NCBI GenBank assembly: GCA_964016885.1
Contig: OZ024747.1
Location: 7,750,001-7,814,000, forward strand
Length of the DNA stretch: 64,000 nt
Reading direction: 5' to 3'
Source of the DNA: Eledone cirrhosa
Taxonomy: Eukaryota
The number at the start of each line of letters is the position of its first letter. The stretch's first letter is position 1. The translations under genes were made by a program, and so were the position numbers. Shown here one piece after another: positions 1-11,657 of this stretch. The notes beneath the pieces are model-generated. The model did not search any database and was not told the origin of the DNA. It saw only the letters and a list, made by a program, of their open reading frames with translations.

Positions 1-399
1 ATTAGAGCTACAATCAGGGGTCGTGCAGTCTTGACCATATCGTCTTTTTTTTTCCAGACATATATAAAATGTATACTATGCTTTTTTTTTTTTTTTTTTT
101 TTTTCTTCCCTAAAGAAAAAATCTTGTGTATGAATGATTTCAGGAACATTTGACTGCTATTTTTAGCAGGGCAAGCGACCTCGTAGACGATCCGTCGTTG
201 GCTCGATGTCACTTGTGTTGTTGTTTCTGTCTGTCTGTTTTCGTTCTTGTGTGTAATAGTTATGTAAAAGCTATGTAGAATTATGTGATTAGGTTGAGAT
301 TAAATGAAACAATGGCCTAGTTAAATTATTTCTTCTCTCTCTTAGACACACACACATTAATTCATTCACTCACTCGCACTGACAGACACACACGCATAC

Positions 400-574
400 T
401 GGCTGACTTATGGTGAAAAGAAGTGTTGTTAAACTGTCGATGACTAGTTCCGTTTAGGATATTGTAATGTCCTGATTGTTCAACTTTTAAATAGTCATTT
501 TCTATATGCTTTATACAGTTGGTGTATGACGTTATGACGTAATTCACTTTCCCCTCTGGTATAGCTGTCTTCAT
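400..574 (-). other. Weak candidate first coding exon of a divergently transcribed gene (MKTAIPEGKVNYVITSYTNC...)
   Basis: ATG-initiated, non-repetitive reading frame with a possible donor GCCA|GTATGC followed by a GT-rich tract. Lies in a CpG-retaining region. No homology recognised. Confidence 0.2.
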
Positions 575-980
575 TTTCTTTCACTTAGCCATCCTCGCTA
601 AAATGTATTCGGAAATAGTTTGGTAGTAGACTGTTAGAAATGTATAGAGGCTCTGAGACACGGCCCCACCCCAGTCCGTTTTGCGACACCAGTTTCGATT
701 TTTTTGCCTGGCTGGTGGCTATTTTCACTATATTTGGCGTGGTGGTTATGGCGAGGCCAGTGTTTATTTCTTCGTGTTGATTTGCCTACATATTTCTATA
801 AAATCTTATGATATAAAAATGTGAAAGTAAATATAAAGAAAAACACTCGAAAACCCATGAAATGACATTTAACGAAGTAAGACCCGTGTTGATTAAAGCG
901 AAACTAATTATTTTATGACATCTATTTTAGACAAATTTCAAGTTAAAATGTAACATTTATTCATAGAAGAAATTAGATTA

Positions 981-1089
981 TAATTGTTTCTACTTTAGGC
1001 ACAAGGCCAGCAATAACCCAGTGCATTACTGGTACTTTATTTTATCGACCCCCCGTAAGGATGAAAGGTAAAGTCAACCTCGGCGGGAT
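981..1089 (-). mobile_element. 5'-truncated copy of tRNA-derived SINE family 1
   Basis: Reverse complement matches the 3' half of the copies at 4131, 8715 and 32268 (CTTTCATCCTTACGGGGTCGATAAAATAAAGTACCAG...GGCCTTGTGCC..AAGTAGAAACAATTA). Confidence 0.85.
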
Positions 1090-1997
1090 ATTATAATGTG
1101 TTCAAGATTGTTGAATTTAATTTTCCACGTGTTTCTACGTCTCCCAATAGTCTGTGTATGAACACTAGTGGCTTGGTTCTATTAAATTGAGCAATTAGTT
1201 CACAACTTTATTACGTATGTTTCATTATCCAATCCTATATATGAAACCCAACCACCGAAGATTAAATATGTACCTTTGTAGAGATCTTCCGTGTAATAAC
1301 GACTGAAATGTACAATTTACTTTCATTTCTTTCTCAGTTATACATCATTTTCGTTTTCTCATTTGGTTTCATTTTGTGACACATATTTTACTTTGAATAT
1401 TTTAACATCGTAAAATGGTTTGGTCGCCCCCCCAACTGACATGATAAATCCCTTTCATTGATCCTGAGCAGAATCTAATTTTCGTCTCACTAGTGTTTTT
1501 TCTTCCTACGTGTGTGCCTATGTATATTTCCACTCGATGTAGATTTCTCACACCCACCTTTGATTCTTTACTTTGCTTTAAATACATGATTGTACTGTGT
1601 ATATATATAAGTTTCTCTAAATGTTTCAGTGAGTTTTTGTTCTAAGGTTTACTTTATTTTCAACCTGGCCTTTGTCATAAGCAACAATATTTACTTTTGC
1701 AGTTTTTATATTTACATTTTCCTTTTGTAATTTTAAGTAAACTGCACATTGATTCAACTTTTTTGTCTCGAGTTTGTCCTGGCTATATAGCTATAAAATG
1801 CATGTTCCCTATTGAAGTCTTAAGCTTGTGATTATTTTCAGTTTAACAATAAACTGCATATACACCAAATTGAAGTCTGCCCTAGCTATTACTATAAACT
1901 GAATTTTGCCCTAGCTATTACTATAAACTGTACGTCCCATGACCTGGGTATAGCTGACTATACAATCTGTATGTATCCAGTTGAAGCTATCTTTTGT

Positions 1998-2040
1998 AGA
2001 TGCTATACTACCTTCTGCCAAGGAAGGTAGTATAGCATCT
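1998..2040. repeat. Perfect short inverted repeat (18 bp arms, 7 nt loop)
   Basis: AGATGCTATACTACCTTC-tgccaag-GAAGGTAGTATAGCATCT. Confidence 0.9.
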
Positions 2041-4024
2041 GTTAAGAAAGGTTAAAGGGTTACTTAAGATTGTCATAAGTAAAGGTGTATAAGTAGATGG
2101 TCATGTGTTACAGTTAAGAAAAGTTTGAAACAAAGTTGAAGTAAATTATGAGCTAGGAATATTTTTGATGATTAAATCACACTTCTGGGTTGGTCAAGAG
2201 AAATGTATTAATCTGCTTAGCATTAATCCATCATAAATTGATCTCCTGTATTGTGCATGTCAAGAGCAAACAGTTCTAGAGATTAAGATAGAATAAATAG
2301 ATTATAATCTAAGGTGCTTGCCACCAACATTCTCCTACACAACTTTCATACAATATACTTTAAGATACTCTTTCTAAATGAAGAATAAGCATTGAAGATG
2401 AATGAACGATAAATAAATGACAAGTGTAAGAAATTGGATTATTGACTGATTGATTAGCTGTGACACTTGCCACCTCACATGTGATGTTTCCTTTTATTTT
2501 GACAGAAACAAAATTCTGTTTTTATTTTATTTATAATTAATGTAAAGAATTAACAATTTATCTGGAAGCAGAATCTAGACTTGGTATTTGGTCATGTTGT
2601 GTACTGTTACTACTGCTATTGCTACTACTACTACTACTGCTGCTATTACTATTATTACTATTATCATAGTTTATAATGCAATTTAATGACATTACATGTG
2701 TCTATTGTTTGTATGAAGATGTTTTCGTTACATGTTTATGGTTGGTATTTAGATTACATTGTATATGTTATGTAGCCTCAGGTCAACTCTGAACACTTAC
2801 AGCATGTAGGCTGTCCGATGGACACTTAGCTGCGATGCATCTTTTTTTCTAGCTATACCATGCCTCTGCCTAAGTAAAGGGTCTACTGCACACCTTCCCA
2901 TGTAGTGATAAATTGTAATTGGTGCAGTTTGTGCTCTATCCACTGTCCAGTTTATTTCTCTAAAACTGCTGTTTCTATGTTGGCCATAGTAAAGAAAAGT
3001 AATCAAGGTGGGCTCAGCCATAGTGCAATATTAGCTGTTCCTCTGCAGGACAAATCCCTTTGGTTCTCTATTTGGAAAACTGATTTCTGAAAGTGTTCTT
3101 GTACATAATATAGATTTGGCATCAAGACAGTTTGCAGCAGACTTCTAATCAAAGGTATTATAGCTATGAGTATACATATTTTTATATTCAGATACTACTA
3201 TATTGTCCAATGTATTCTTTTAAGACAGTAAAAGTGTGATTTGAAGGAAATTTGGCTGCTAAATCTAACACGTCAAGTGACTTGAGCATTTTGTGTATCA
3301 GTGGTTAGTGGAAATTAAAGTCAAAGGTTTTGCTAATGTTGATGGTAGTTAGAATAGTGAGTGTGTGAGAATGTTGAAACTTGTGTATTCTCTGTGTTAG
3401 GTTCCTGAGTAGTGTTGTAGATGAGCATAGTAGTCTGAATTGAACAGTAGTGTCAGCTTTAAAATTGAAGGTTAAATATGAAAATACACTCTTGATAGAT
3501 GCAGTGTGTCTAAAACGGAGGAGCCGAACTCCCACCTCTCGCCCTCATTGTGATTTGGGTTGGAGGGATGTATGGGTTAGTGATGTTAAGGATGAGGACT
3601 TTCTCAAAATTTCGAGGCTATATATTAGTGGATGTTACTTTACTTGGGTTTTCATTAAGCTTTAGAATTATGATTTTGCCAAGCTCCCAGGTTCTTGGAA
3701 TTTGACATGGTTGGTATGAGTTATTGTTTAACCTCGATAATCAAACTAGATCTAGCAAACATGATCAAGGACAATAAAGTCATAACTATGCAATCTTTTT
3801 CAAGAATAGTGCTTGGGCTTACGTTATCCAATGTGAGCTTTTTAAAGCTGTTAGGGTGTGGTTTGAAGATCCTATTTTTAATAGGTTGAATGACTATGTA
3901 GTTGCACTTCTTTTGTTTTCGAATACAATGGTGGTGGTGTTGCTGTGTAAAGTAGCTGCAGGCTTTTTAGTGGTTCTGCAGTGATTTGCTTTTTCCTTTC
4001 CCTTTTTTACACTATCATAGTGAC

Positions 4025-4390
4025 TGTTGTTTAGTTCTAGGTCAACCCTGATTAAGCTGACCTCTGATTAAAAGCATTTCATCTTATTTAGGAATATCTA
4101 GGACTAAATTATATCCATTATTTAGATGAAGGGCGGTGGATTGGCAGTTTCGGTAGAGGGTCAGACGCCATGCTTTGCAGCAAAGAGTTATGGCCCTTTA
4201 TGGTCTGAGTTCAAATCCCGCCTTTCATCCTTACGGGGTCGATAAAATAAAGCACCAGTAATACACTGGGATAATTGCTGGCCTTGTGCCAAAAGTAGAA
4301 ACAATTAAGATGTAAGGGTTTTATTTTGAGGGAGATTTGGCTGCTATTTTTAGTAAGTTGAGTGACCACACAAGTTTCCTTAGTTGGCTT
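4025..4390 (-). mobile_element. Old interspersed SINE-like repeat (family 3), split by a nested family 1 SINE
   Basis: The motifs GGTCAACCCTGATTAAGC...TCTAGGACT and GAGGGAGATTTGGCTGCTATTT recur in diverged form at ~3130, 5920, 45300, 46200, 49050, 50540, 51740, 51945, 56570 and 62390. Here the two halves flank the SINE at 4131-4307. Confidence 0.7.
4131..4307 (+). mobile_element. tRNA-derived SINE family 1 (small internal deletion)
   Basis: A-box-like TGGCAGTTTCGG, B-box GAGTTCAAATCC, and body shared with the copies at 8715 and 32268. Confidence 0.9.
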
Positions 4391-4477
4391 TGAGTAGTTG
4401 TATTAGTTTTTTGTGTAGTTTTTTTTTTTTTTAGTGGGGGACTGAGATATATGTATGTATATAATTGTATAATAAAC

Positions 4478-4540
4478 ACAATATAATTATTCCATTACCT
4501 AAAGTTTCATGAACCTTAGGTAATGGAATAATTATATTGT
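4478..4540. repeat. Near-perfect palindrome (25 bp perfect arms, near-palindromic centre)
   Basis: ACAATATAATTATTCCATTACCTAA...TTAGGTAATGGAATAATTATATTGT with central TTCATGAA. Confidence 0.9.
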
Positions 4541-4601
4541 TATACAATGAAATAGCTCTGTACATAATATAGAGCACTCTTCTTTCCTTTACCTATTCTA
4601 T

Positions 4602-4637
<36 letters not shown>

Positions 4638-7600
4638 TTTTTTCTTTTTCTTTTACAACTATCTGATACGAACATTTGCTTATTGTTGAAGTGTGTTTTA
4701 CCGTTTGATTATATTTGATACAAATATTGCATATTTTTTGTTTTTACTTTTTACTATTTAGTCAGAAAAGGGCACTGTCAATGACCTTTTCGGAAAGGGA
4801 GTAGGAAGTAAGTTTCCTCAAATTTGAGGCTTGGTCTGAATGCTTACAATCGATTGTACCCTGCCAAAAGCACCCGGTAACCAGATGGTTGCATTAAACT
4901 AAGCACCTCATTAAGTTTACCACCGAAATAGGCTGCAACAGGGTTTGAACTCAAAACACAGTCAGAACAAATACCACAAAGCATCTTGTCTAGCACTACA
5001 ACAATTTCCCTAATCCACTCTACTTTATTTTAATTCAAAAAGAATGAAATGCAAAGTCAGCTATAGCAGGATTTGAATTGAGCACGGCAAATTGGAAAAT
5101 TGGAATGAATACCACAAAGAATACTGTCCTACTCTCTAATGCCAATTTGCTGCTGTATGGTTGATGTTGAGCTTTATTTCTGTGGTACTGGTGTAGTGTT
5201 TGAGGTTGTTTCCTGGTTTTTATGATGTTAACTGTTTTTGATGTCTAATTGGGGTTGTCTTTTATGTTGGCTTGTGGGATATTGATGAATATATATTACA
5301 CATGTTTATAGTAGGTATTTAGAAGCCACCTGTTTATGGTTGGTATTTAGAAGCTGTTACATGTGTTTATGGTTGGTATTTAGAAACTATGTCACCATGA
5401 AGTAAACTGCATCTTTTTTTAATAAAGTATCAAATTTTCTTGATTAATTTTATCCAATTTGGGGTCCAAAGTAGTGTGTAGGGTGTGACGGTAATAGAAA
5501 TGGCAATTTTAATGTTATGTCGAAAATTTCAAAATCTGAATCTGACAGGTCAACATGCGACATTTTGAATATTCTACATGGAGACAGCAAAGATACTTCC
5601 CCACTTTGTACTTGGAAATTTATACTAAGGATATAATTCTCTTTTAAAAGTTAGATGTATGTAGGGATAAACACCATACAGAGATATTCTTAGAACTTTT
5701 AAAAACCTCTTTAGGAAATTTTCCTTCTGTGGGACTTAATTTCAGTGATTTTTTTTTTTTTTGATTTTTTTTTTTTGGGTTTTTAGATTTTTTTTTTTTT
5801 TCTTGGTATTTATTTTCATGTCTCTGAAAGGTTTTAACAAGTAGTGAATTACAGTTGAATTACAGTTGAATTGCAATTGATAATTTTGTTTAAACTGCTG
5901 CCAATTTGGAGTTTTTATGTTTAGATTCGGGTCAACCCTGATTAAGCAGATCTATGTATAATCAAAGGCATTCTAGCTATGGCTGTACTATCTGTTTAGA
6001 GGTATCTAGGAATACATTGCTTTTTCATTTTTTTAAAGATTTGGTTGCTGTTTTTAGCTGGTTGAATGACCATATTGTTAACTTGTAAGACTGGTGGTTT
6101 ATTTTAGAATGCTGGTAAAACTGGACGTTAATCTAGTGCACATGTACACACACACAATGTATAGAAAGACTTGTAGTTTACATGCTGTTGAATTTGAAAG
6201 CTTGTACTTTGGATGATTACTACCACCAACACTCAATAACACAAGATTTAGACCTGGCATGAGTATCCTTTTTCAAGCAGTGGACCATGTGAGATATGGC
6301 TCACTATCCTTCTTCTCTCACTGTTGAAATCATCTCCCTTCCTATTAGGTGACAATATGACAAAGATATCAATAGACGAGTTTTACTTAACATTCCTTGT
6401 TTAACTAGAGACAAAAAAAAAAAGCAAAGAAAGCCATAAGGATTTTGTCATTTTTATAGAAAACAATACTAGTGATAGTCACAGCCCCAGTCTTTGGTCT
6501 CTATATCCCCAGTTAAGAAACCCTGCCTCCTTGTTTGTCTCTTTCCTCTTCTCTATACACACAGGCATATCCATCCATGGACCCTAAACTCTTGTAGTCA
6601 CAAGGGTACCATCATGACATGATAGAGCCCATCTCTCCCCAGATCTGAAGACAGTTGATTTCTTCCTGTTAGAGAGAATAACCTTCAATGCTCCACTGGT
6701 ACTTTATTATAACTGTATAGGATTTGAATCTAGTGTGCAGAGGGCAAGTATGAATACTGCAGAGCATTGTATCTGGCATTCTGACTTTGCCAATTCACAC
6801 ATGCGCACATGCAGAGAGAGAGAGGGTCCGTCTATTTTCCCATCTTGGCATGTGTTAGATGTAAGACGATATATATCAGCATCATTTAATGTTTGTTTTC
6901 CCTGTTAGACAAGCCAAAGGCCAGCACTTTGCTTACTGTAGTGTGTACCAGGTGCATTTTATCGTGGCACCAGGACTAGGGAAGTTGTCATGTCTTTGAG
7001 ACACCTGAAGAGTCCTGGCAGTTTTGCTATGGTCAGATGCCCTTCCTATTACGAACTACTTTACAAAATTAACTGGGTGTGTTTTATCATTTCACCAATA
7101 TTAAAAAGGGTGTTGCGTTCTTGATGCAACTGAAGTCTTCTTGACCTTTTGTTTGACATGATCTCAACAGATGGATTGGATGGGTTGACCCCTCTAATTC
7201 CTTCCAGCACGGAAAACTGACAAAATTATGTGCACACACACACATACTCAGATATACCTACGGATATTGCTTCACACACACACACACACACACATTGATA
7301 AAAATCAAACCTGTCTAGAAGCATGTGAAACTATTCAGTTGGGGTCAGGTAATAACCAGGGTCCTGTCTTGTTTTCTGTTCCTTTACTGTCTCCACATCT
7401 CACTGTCTTTGTCTCATTTTAAAATATAATTTATTAAGGCCACATGTCTTCTGTATTTTATCCAACAACTAGTTTTGTCACGATCTTCCACTCTTATTCT
7501 CTCTCTTTTATATCTTTGTCCTTCATTACCCCAACTCACACGTGACCATCTTTTCACTAATTTTCTTTTACTCTGGTAGACAATACTTGCCAATAAATTC

Positions 7601-7678
7601 CTTTCAGCCTTGTTTATTTAACTTTTTTTTATTTTTATTGACGATAAGTTTAACGACTGGCATAAAACAAACACCATA

Positions 7679-7734
<56 letters not shown>

Positions 7735-8186
7735 CATCATCATCGTTTAACGTCCATTTTCCATGCATACAATGATATTTAAAATGACACGAGACTTATA
7801 TAAAAAGATGGATAGAGAAATTTACACACACTCATATATCTGCTTCTGCATTGCCACCATTCGTTTCGTTTTTGTTTTTTTTCTGTCTCTTATTCACTCA
7901 CACCATTGCATAACTGTAATGTGCAGTTGTTGATCCTTTATACACGTGACGCTCAAGCTCACGGCAAACTGCCTTTACAACGCACAATCTCTGTCACAGC
8001 AAGCCAACCTGTTGTTCTAGTTTTATCTATTGTTCTCTCTAACTGGATTTTTTTTTCTTTAAACTCTTAAATCTGCACCTACAGTGAACTGAACAGTATA
8101 TCGTTTTCTCATTCATCTGCGCGCGCGCACACACAGTTGAAAATGAACGAACAAAACTCAGGAGTCAATCATATAGTTATATTACG

Positions 8187-8227
8187 CTTGGTGGCAGTGG
8201 GTTCATCAGGAACCCACTGCCACCAAG
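8187..8227. repeat. Perfect inverted repeat (18 bp arms, 5 nt loop)
   Basis: CTTGGTGGCAGTGGGTTC-atcag-GAACCCACTGCCACCAAG. Confidence 0.9.
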
Positions 8228-8264
8228 TGGGAAAATTCGGATATTATATATATCAAAGTTCGGA

Positions 8265-8322
<58 letters not shown>

Positions 8323-8714
8323 ATTCGTATTGAAACTGGTTAGACCATTACTCAAGAGTACTTGATACTTGGGGGTAGTAGAGTATTGTTATATTATAAA
8401 GAGCTCAGTCGTTGGGGTCCCGACTCTTTATAAAATGATATGAGCAGTTACTCGAGGAATTTGATATGAAAACATTAATCTCACTCATCGTGTGTCACCA
8501 GAGAGTTAATAAAAGATAAAGATAAAGCAATGTCAATAAAACCACATCCTTGTATCGCAAATATTTCACGATATTAATTTCATATGTAATGTAGCATAAT
8601 AGCGACACACACACACACACACACACATATAATGTAGCGTGAGAGCGAAACACACACTAATTAAAAATGCACTTGCACAGCGATTTTTGAAGTTGATTAT
8701 TTGAAATGTACCGT

Positions 8715-8898
8715 GGCGGTGGATTGGCAGTATCGGTAGAGGGTCGGATGCCCTGCTTTCCAGCATAGTTACGTCCCTTTACGATCTGAGTTCAAATCCC
8801 GCCGAGGTTGACTTTGCCTTTCATCCTTACGAGGTCGATAAAATAAAGTACCAGTAATGCACTGGGTGATTGCTGGCCTTGTGCCAAAAGTAGAAACA
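8715..8898 (+). mobile_element. Full-length tRNA-derived SINE family 1 with 19 bp target-site duplication
   Basis: Pol III A/B boxes. ATTATTTGAAATGTACCGT is duplicated at 8696-8714 and 8899-8917. Confidence 0.93.
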
Positions 8899-9015
8899 AT
8901 TATTTGAAATGTACCGTAAAAGGTATACCTTAATTGGTGATCTTTCGTAGGTGGTAGACGGAATATTATTCACTACTACCGCCAACTACTTTAACAGTAT
9001 CTGCACCTGCACACT

Positions 9016-9145
9016 TACACACACACACAGACAGACACACACTCACAGACAGACACACACTCACACACTCTCTCTCGCTTTCTCGCTTTTTCTCTCTCTC
9101 TCTCTCTCGCTCTCTCTCTCGCTCTTTCTCTCTCTCTTTCTCTCT

Positions 9146-9190
<45 letters not shown>

Positions 9191-9199
9191 CTCTCTCTT

Positions 9200-9231
<32 letters not shown>

Positions 9232-9248
9232 TCTTTCTCTTTCTCTCT

Positions 9249-9288
<40 letters not shown>

Positions 9289-9334
9289 CTCTCTCTTTTT
9301 CTCTCTCTTTCTCTTCTCTCTCTCTTTCTCTCTC
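9016..9334. repeat. Compound (CA)n/(CT)n microsatellite
   Basis: Direct inspection; explains the low-complexity ORFs 8951..9439 and 9061..9429. Confidence 0.95.
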
Positions 9335-9386
9335 AAACGGAAAATGTTGATTTCATTGTTTACATTCTGCCTACGAAAAATCGCCT

Positions 9387-9417
<31 letters not shown>

Positions 9418-9559
9418 ACGTACATACATATATGTATAGACGTAGGTGCCGTACTAAGAGTGAGAAATGAAATTTCGTTTTGTATTATATATATATATAT
9501 ATATATATACATATATTTCGTTTATATATATATATAGATATACATATAGATATAGATAT

Positions 9560-9899
9560 ATATCATAAATCATGTCTTTAGAATTATTAGATAAAATATA
9601 TACCATTTCCTCTCCCAATTAGCATAATTAACCATATAAAAAATAAATTAGACCAAGCTATAAGAATAAAGGCTCCTATGAAGAAATTTCCGACAAATAA
9701 CCGAAAGCGGCCTCTTCGGTGGCCCCGATAGAGTATTTATCCAACATTTCAACAGCATGTAGAAATTGACTAAATATAACGTCAACCATACACAATTAGG
9801 TGTAAATTCAAACTTAGAAGAAATGTGTACATACCGTAATTATATCTCGGAAATGGTATATATTTTATCTAATAATTCTAAAGACATGATTTATGATAT
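9560..9899. mobile_element. Element with 51 bp perfect terminal inverted repeats (MITE/foldback-like, or an inverted Penelope terminus)
   Basis: ATATCATAAATCATGTCTTTAGAATTATTAGATAAAATATATACCATTTCC (9560-9610) and its reverse complement (9849-9899) enclose a ~238 bp unique spacer, next to TA repeats. Confidence 0.6.
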
Positions 9900-10182
9900 T
9901 TTGCTCTGATTATTTAATTAATTCTTCGTTGAGCCACAACGTGACCGGTTGCAAAACACATATATCTATGACTTTATGTATATCATCATCATTTTACGTA
10001 TATATATATACATTACGTATATATATATACATTTTATATATATATATATATATAATGTAGGAGGTGAGTTTTATTGTAGTACAATAAAGCAATGCAGATA
10101 TCGGATAAGAAGCACTCTACAGTTTGTAGGACTGGAGTATACATAATATATAAGATCAAAAGATGGTTAAAGGAGTTCCATG

Positions 10183-10253
10183 TATTTTATTATGCGCATT
10201 TCAAAAACAAACATCATCATGCAATAATATTTGTGTTTTCATCAGATAAAACA
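10183..10253 (-). ncRNA. Type I hammerhead ribozyme motif (mirror copy)
   Basis: Reverse complement of 10369-10439. Confidence 0.75.
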
Positions 10254-10368
10254 GAACATGATATGAAGGCTAAAAAACACTTGTGGATAGTTCAGTTTTA
10301 AATCAACATATGTTGATTTAAAACTGAACTATCCACAGGTGTTTTTTAGCCTTCATATTATGTTCTCC

Positions 10369-10439
10369 TGTTTTATCTGATGAAAACACAAATATTATTG
10401 CATGATGATGTTTGTTTTTGAAATGCGCATAATAAAATA
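10369..10439 (+). ncRNA. Type I hammerhead ribozyme motif
   Basis: Stem I TGTTTTAT/ATAAAATA; core CTGATGA (10377-10383); long stem II (10384-10419, GCAT loop, GU pairs, one mismatch); GAAA (10420-10423); palindromic stem III ATGCGCAT. Predicted UA cleavage after 10431. Confidence 0.78.
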
Positions 10440-10523
10440 CATGGAACTCCTTTAACCATCTTTTGATCTTATATATTATATATATATATATAAAGATTTA
10501 CATATACATATATATGAATAAGA

Positions 10524-10570
10524 CCCGTCCCACCCTTGCAAGCAGGGAAAAGCGGACGTAAAATGATGAT
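10524..10570 (+). mobile_element. Isolated RTE/SINE 3' tail
   Basis: CCCGTCCCACCCTTGCAAGCAGGGAAAAGCGGACGTAAAATGATGAT is almost identical to the tail at 61179-61230. Confidence 0.8.
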
Positions 10571-10611
10571 ATATATAAAATATATATAATATATAAAATA
10601 TATATAATATA

Positions 10612-10760
10612 TCTGGGAAATGGCCATGCTCAGTGTGTAGGAAAGGAGTAGGTAGAAACTCCATTTTATGTCCCAAATGCAAAGTATGGGTACATAAAAG
10701 ATGTAGTGGGATCAGAGGTAAGCTAACTAAGAATATAGATTTTATATGTGGCCGGTGCAA
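10612..10760 (+). mobile_element. Internal RTE LINE fragment encoding only the C4HC3 finger
   Basis: Encodes [49 protein letters not shown] and is highly similar to 20906-21052. Confidence 0.9.
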
Positions 10761-10763
10761 TTG

Positions 10764-11657
10764 TGGGAACAGCTTGACTCCTTTCTCTCCTTCTTCTGCT
10801 CCTTCCAACCCTCCCTCCACTTCACCACCTCTATCTCCACCACCCACGTCCACTTCTTAGACACCTCTGCCTTCTTCAAACCCACCGACTCCCACTCCTA
10901 CCTCGACTTCACCTCTTCCCACCCCACACACACTAAACACTCCATTCCCTACTCCCAACTCCTCAGGATCCGCCGCCTCTGTAGCCGAGATGCTGACTTT
11001 GAGTGCCAGGCTCTTTCCCTAGTCAGCCATTTCATCCGCAGAGGTTACCCCCTCTCTCTCGTCCACACCACTCTCACCTGCGCCCGTGCTGTCCACTGCA
11101 CACCTACCCACCGTCTCCCCTCCACCGCACCATCCTCCGCCTCTTCCGACGCCTCCAGTCCGACCCCCTCCACCTCCCACAACTTCCAAGCCCCACCACT
11201 CCCCTCCTTCAAACGCGCACGCAATCTCCCCCCCCCCCCCCCCGGTTCCTTTCCCTGTTCTAGACCCCGCTGTAACACCTGTCCCCACATCACCAACACC
11301 ACCACCTTCCAGGGTCCCAATGGCCACTCTCTCTCTGTCCGGCATGCCTTCCGCTGCACCTCCTCCAACCTAGTCTACGGTCTTCGCTGCACGGAGACAG
11401 CGCGACTTACGTCGGACAGACTGGACGTCGCCTGGCGGACAGTTACTGAGCACCTCCGGGATATTCGTCTCGGTGGTAGTTCCCCCATCGCCCGCCACTT
11501 TGGTGCCCCTGGACATTCCGCACACCACCTCACAGTCTGTGGCCTACTCCAATGCCACGGAACACCTGCCAATCTCCTAAGGGTCGAACAACGAACCATC
11601 TTCACCCTACAGACCCACACTCCCCCCGGCCTGAACTGCCCACTCTTATTCCTTTAG
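10764..11657 (+). pseudogene. Penelope-like RT thumb plus GIY-YIG endonuclease remnant
   Basis: Motifs HFLD..FKPTDSHSYLDFTSSHP..SIPYSQLLRIRRLCS; Cys linker CSRPRCNTC; NLVY; frameshifted YVGQTGRRLAD near 11405-11440; EHLRDIR; IARHF; EQ..IF.LQT..PPGLN. Contains deletions and frameshifts. Confidence 0.88.

Larger units (their letters stand above)
10143..10479. repeat. ~337 bp loopless palindrome, probably an inverted pair of Penelope-like pseudo-LTR ends
   Basis: Arms 10143-10309 and 10310-10479, centred on CAACATATGTTG. They differ by about 2 substitutions and one 3 nt indel. Confidence 0.92.

Noticed and set aside
5577-5628. ATG GAG ACA GCA AAG ATA (METAKIL), reminiscent of the Slimb N-terminus
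   Set aside because: The similarity is very short, a stop follows after 16 codons, and there is no convincing splice donor.
8951-9439. LS-rich and RE-rich ORFs
   Set aside because: They are (CT)n/(AG)n microsatellite translations.
9905-9960. Additional hammerhead (GTTG-TGGCT-CAAC stem followed by GAAG on the minus strand)
   Set aside because: The CUGANGA core and GAAA are not conserved.
10633-11657. In-frame PHD-Penelope fusion protein
   Set aside because: The PHD frame (10633) and the Penelope frame (10746) differ, and the PHD frame stops at 10860.
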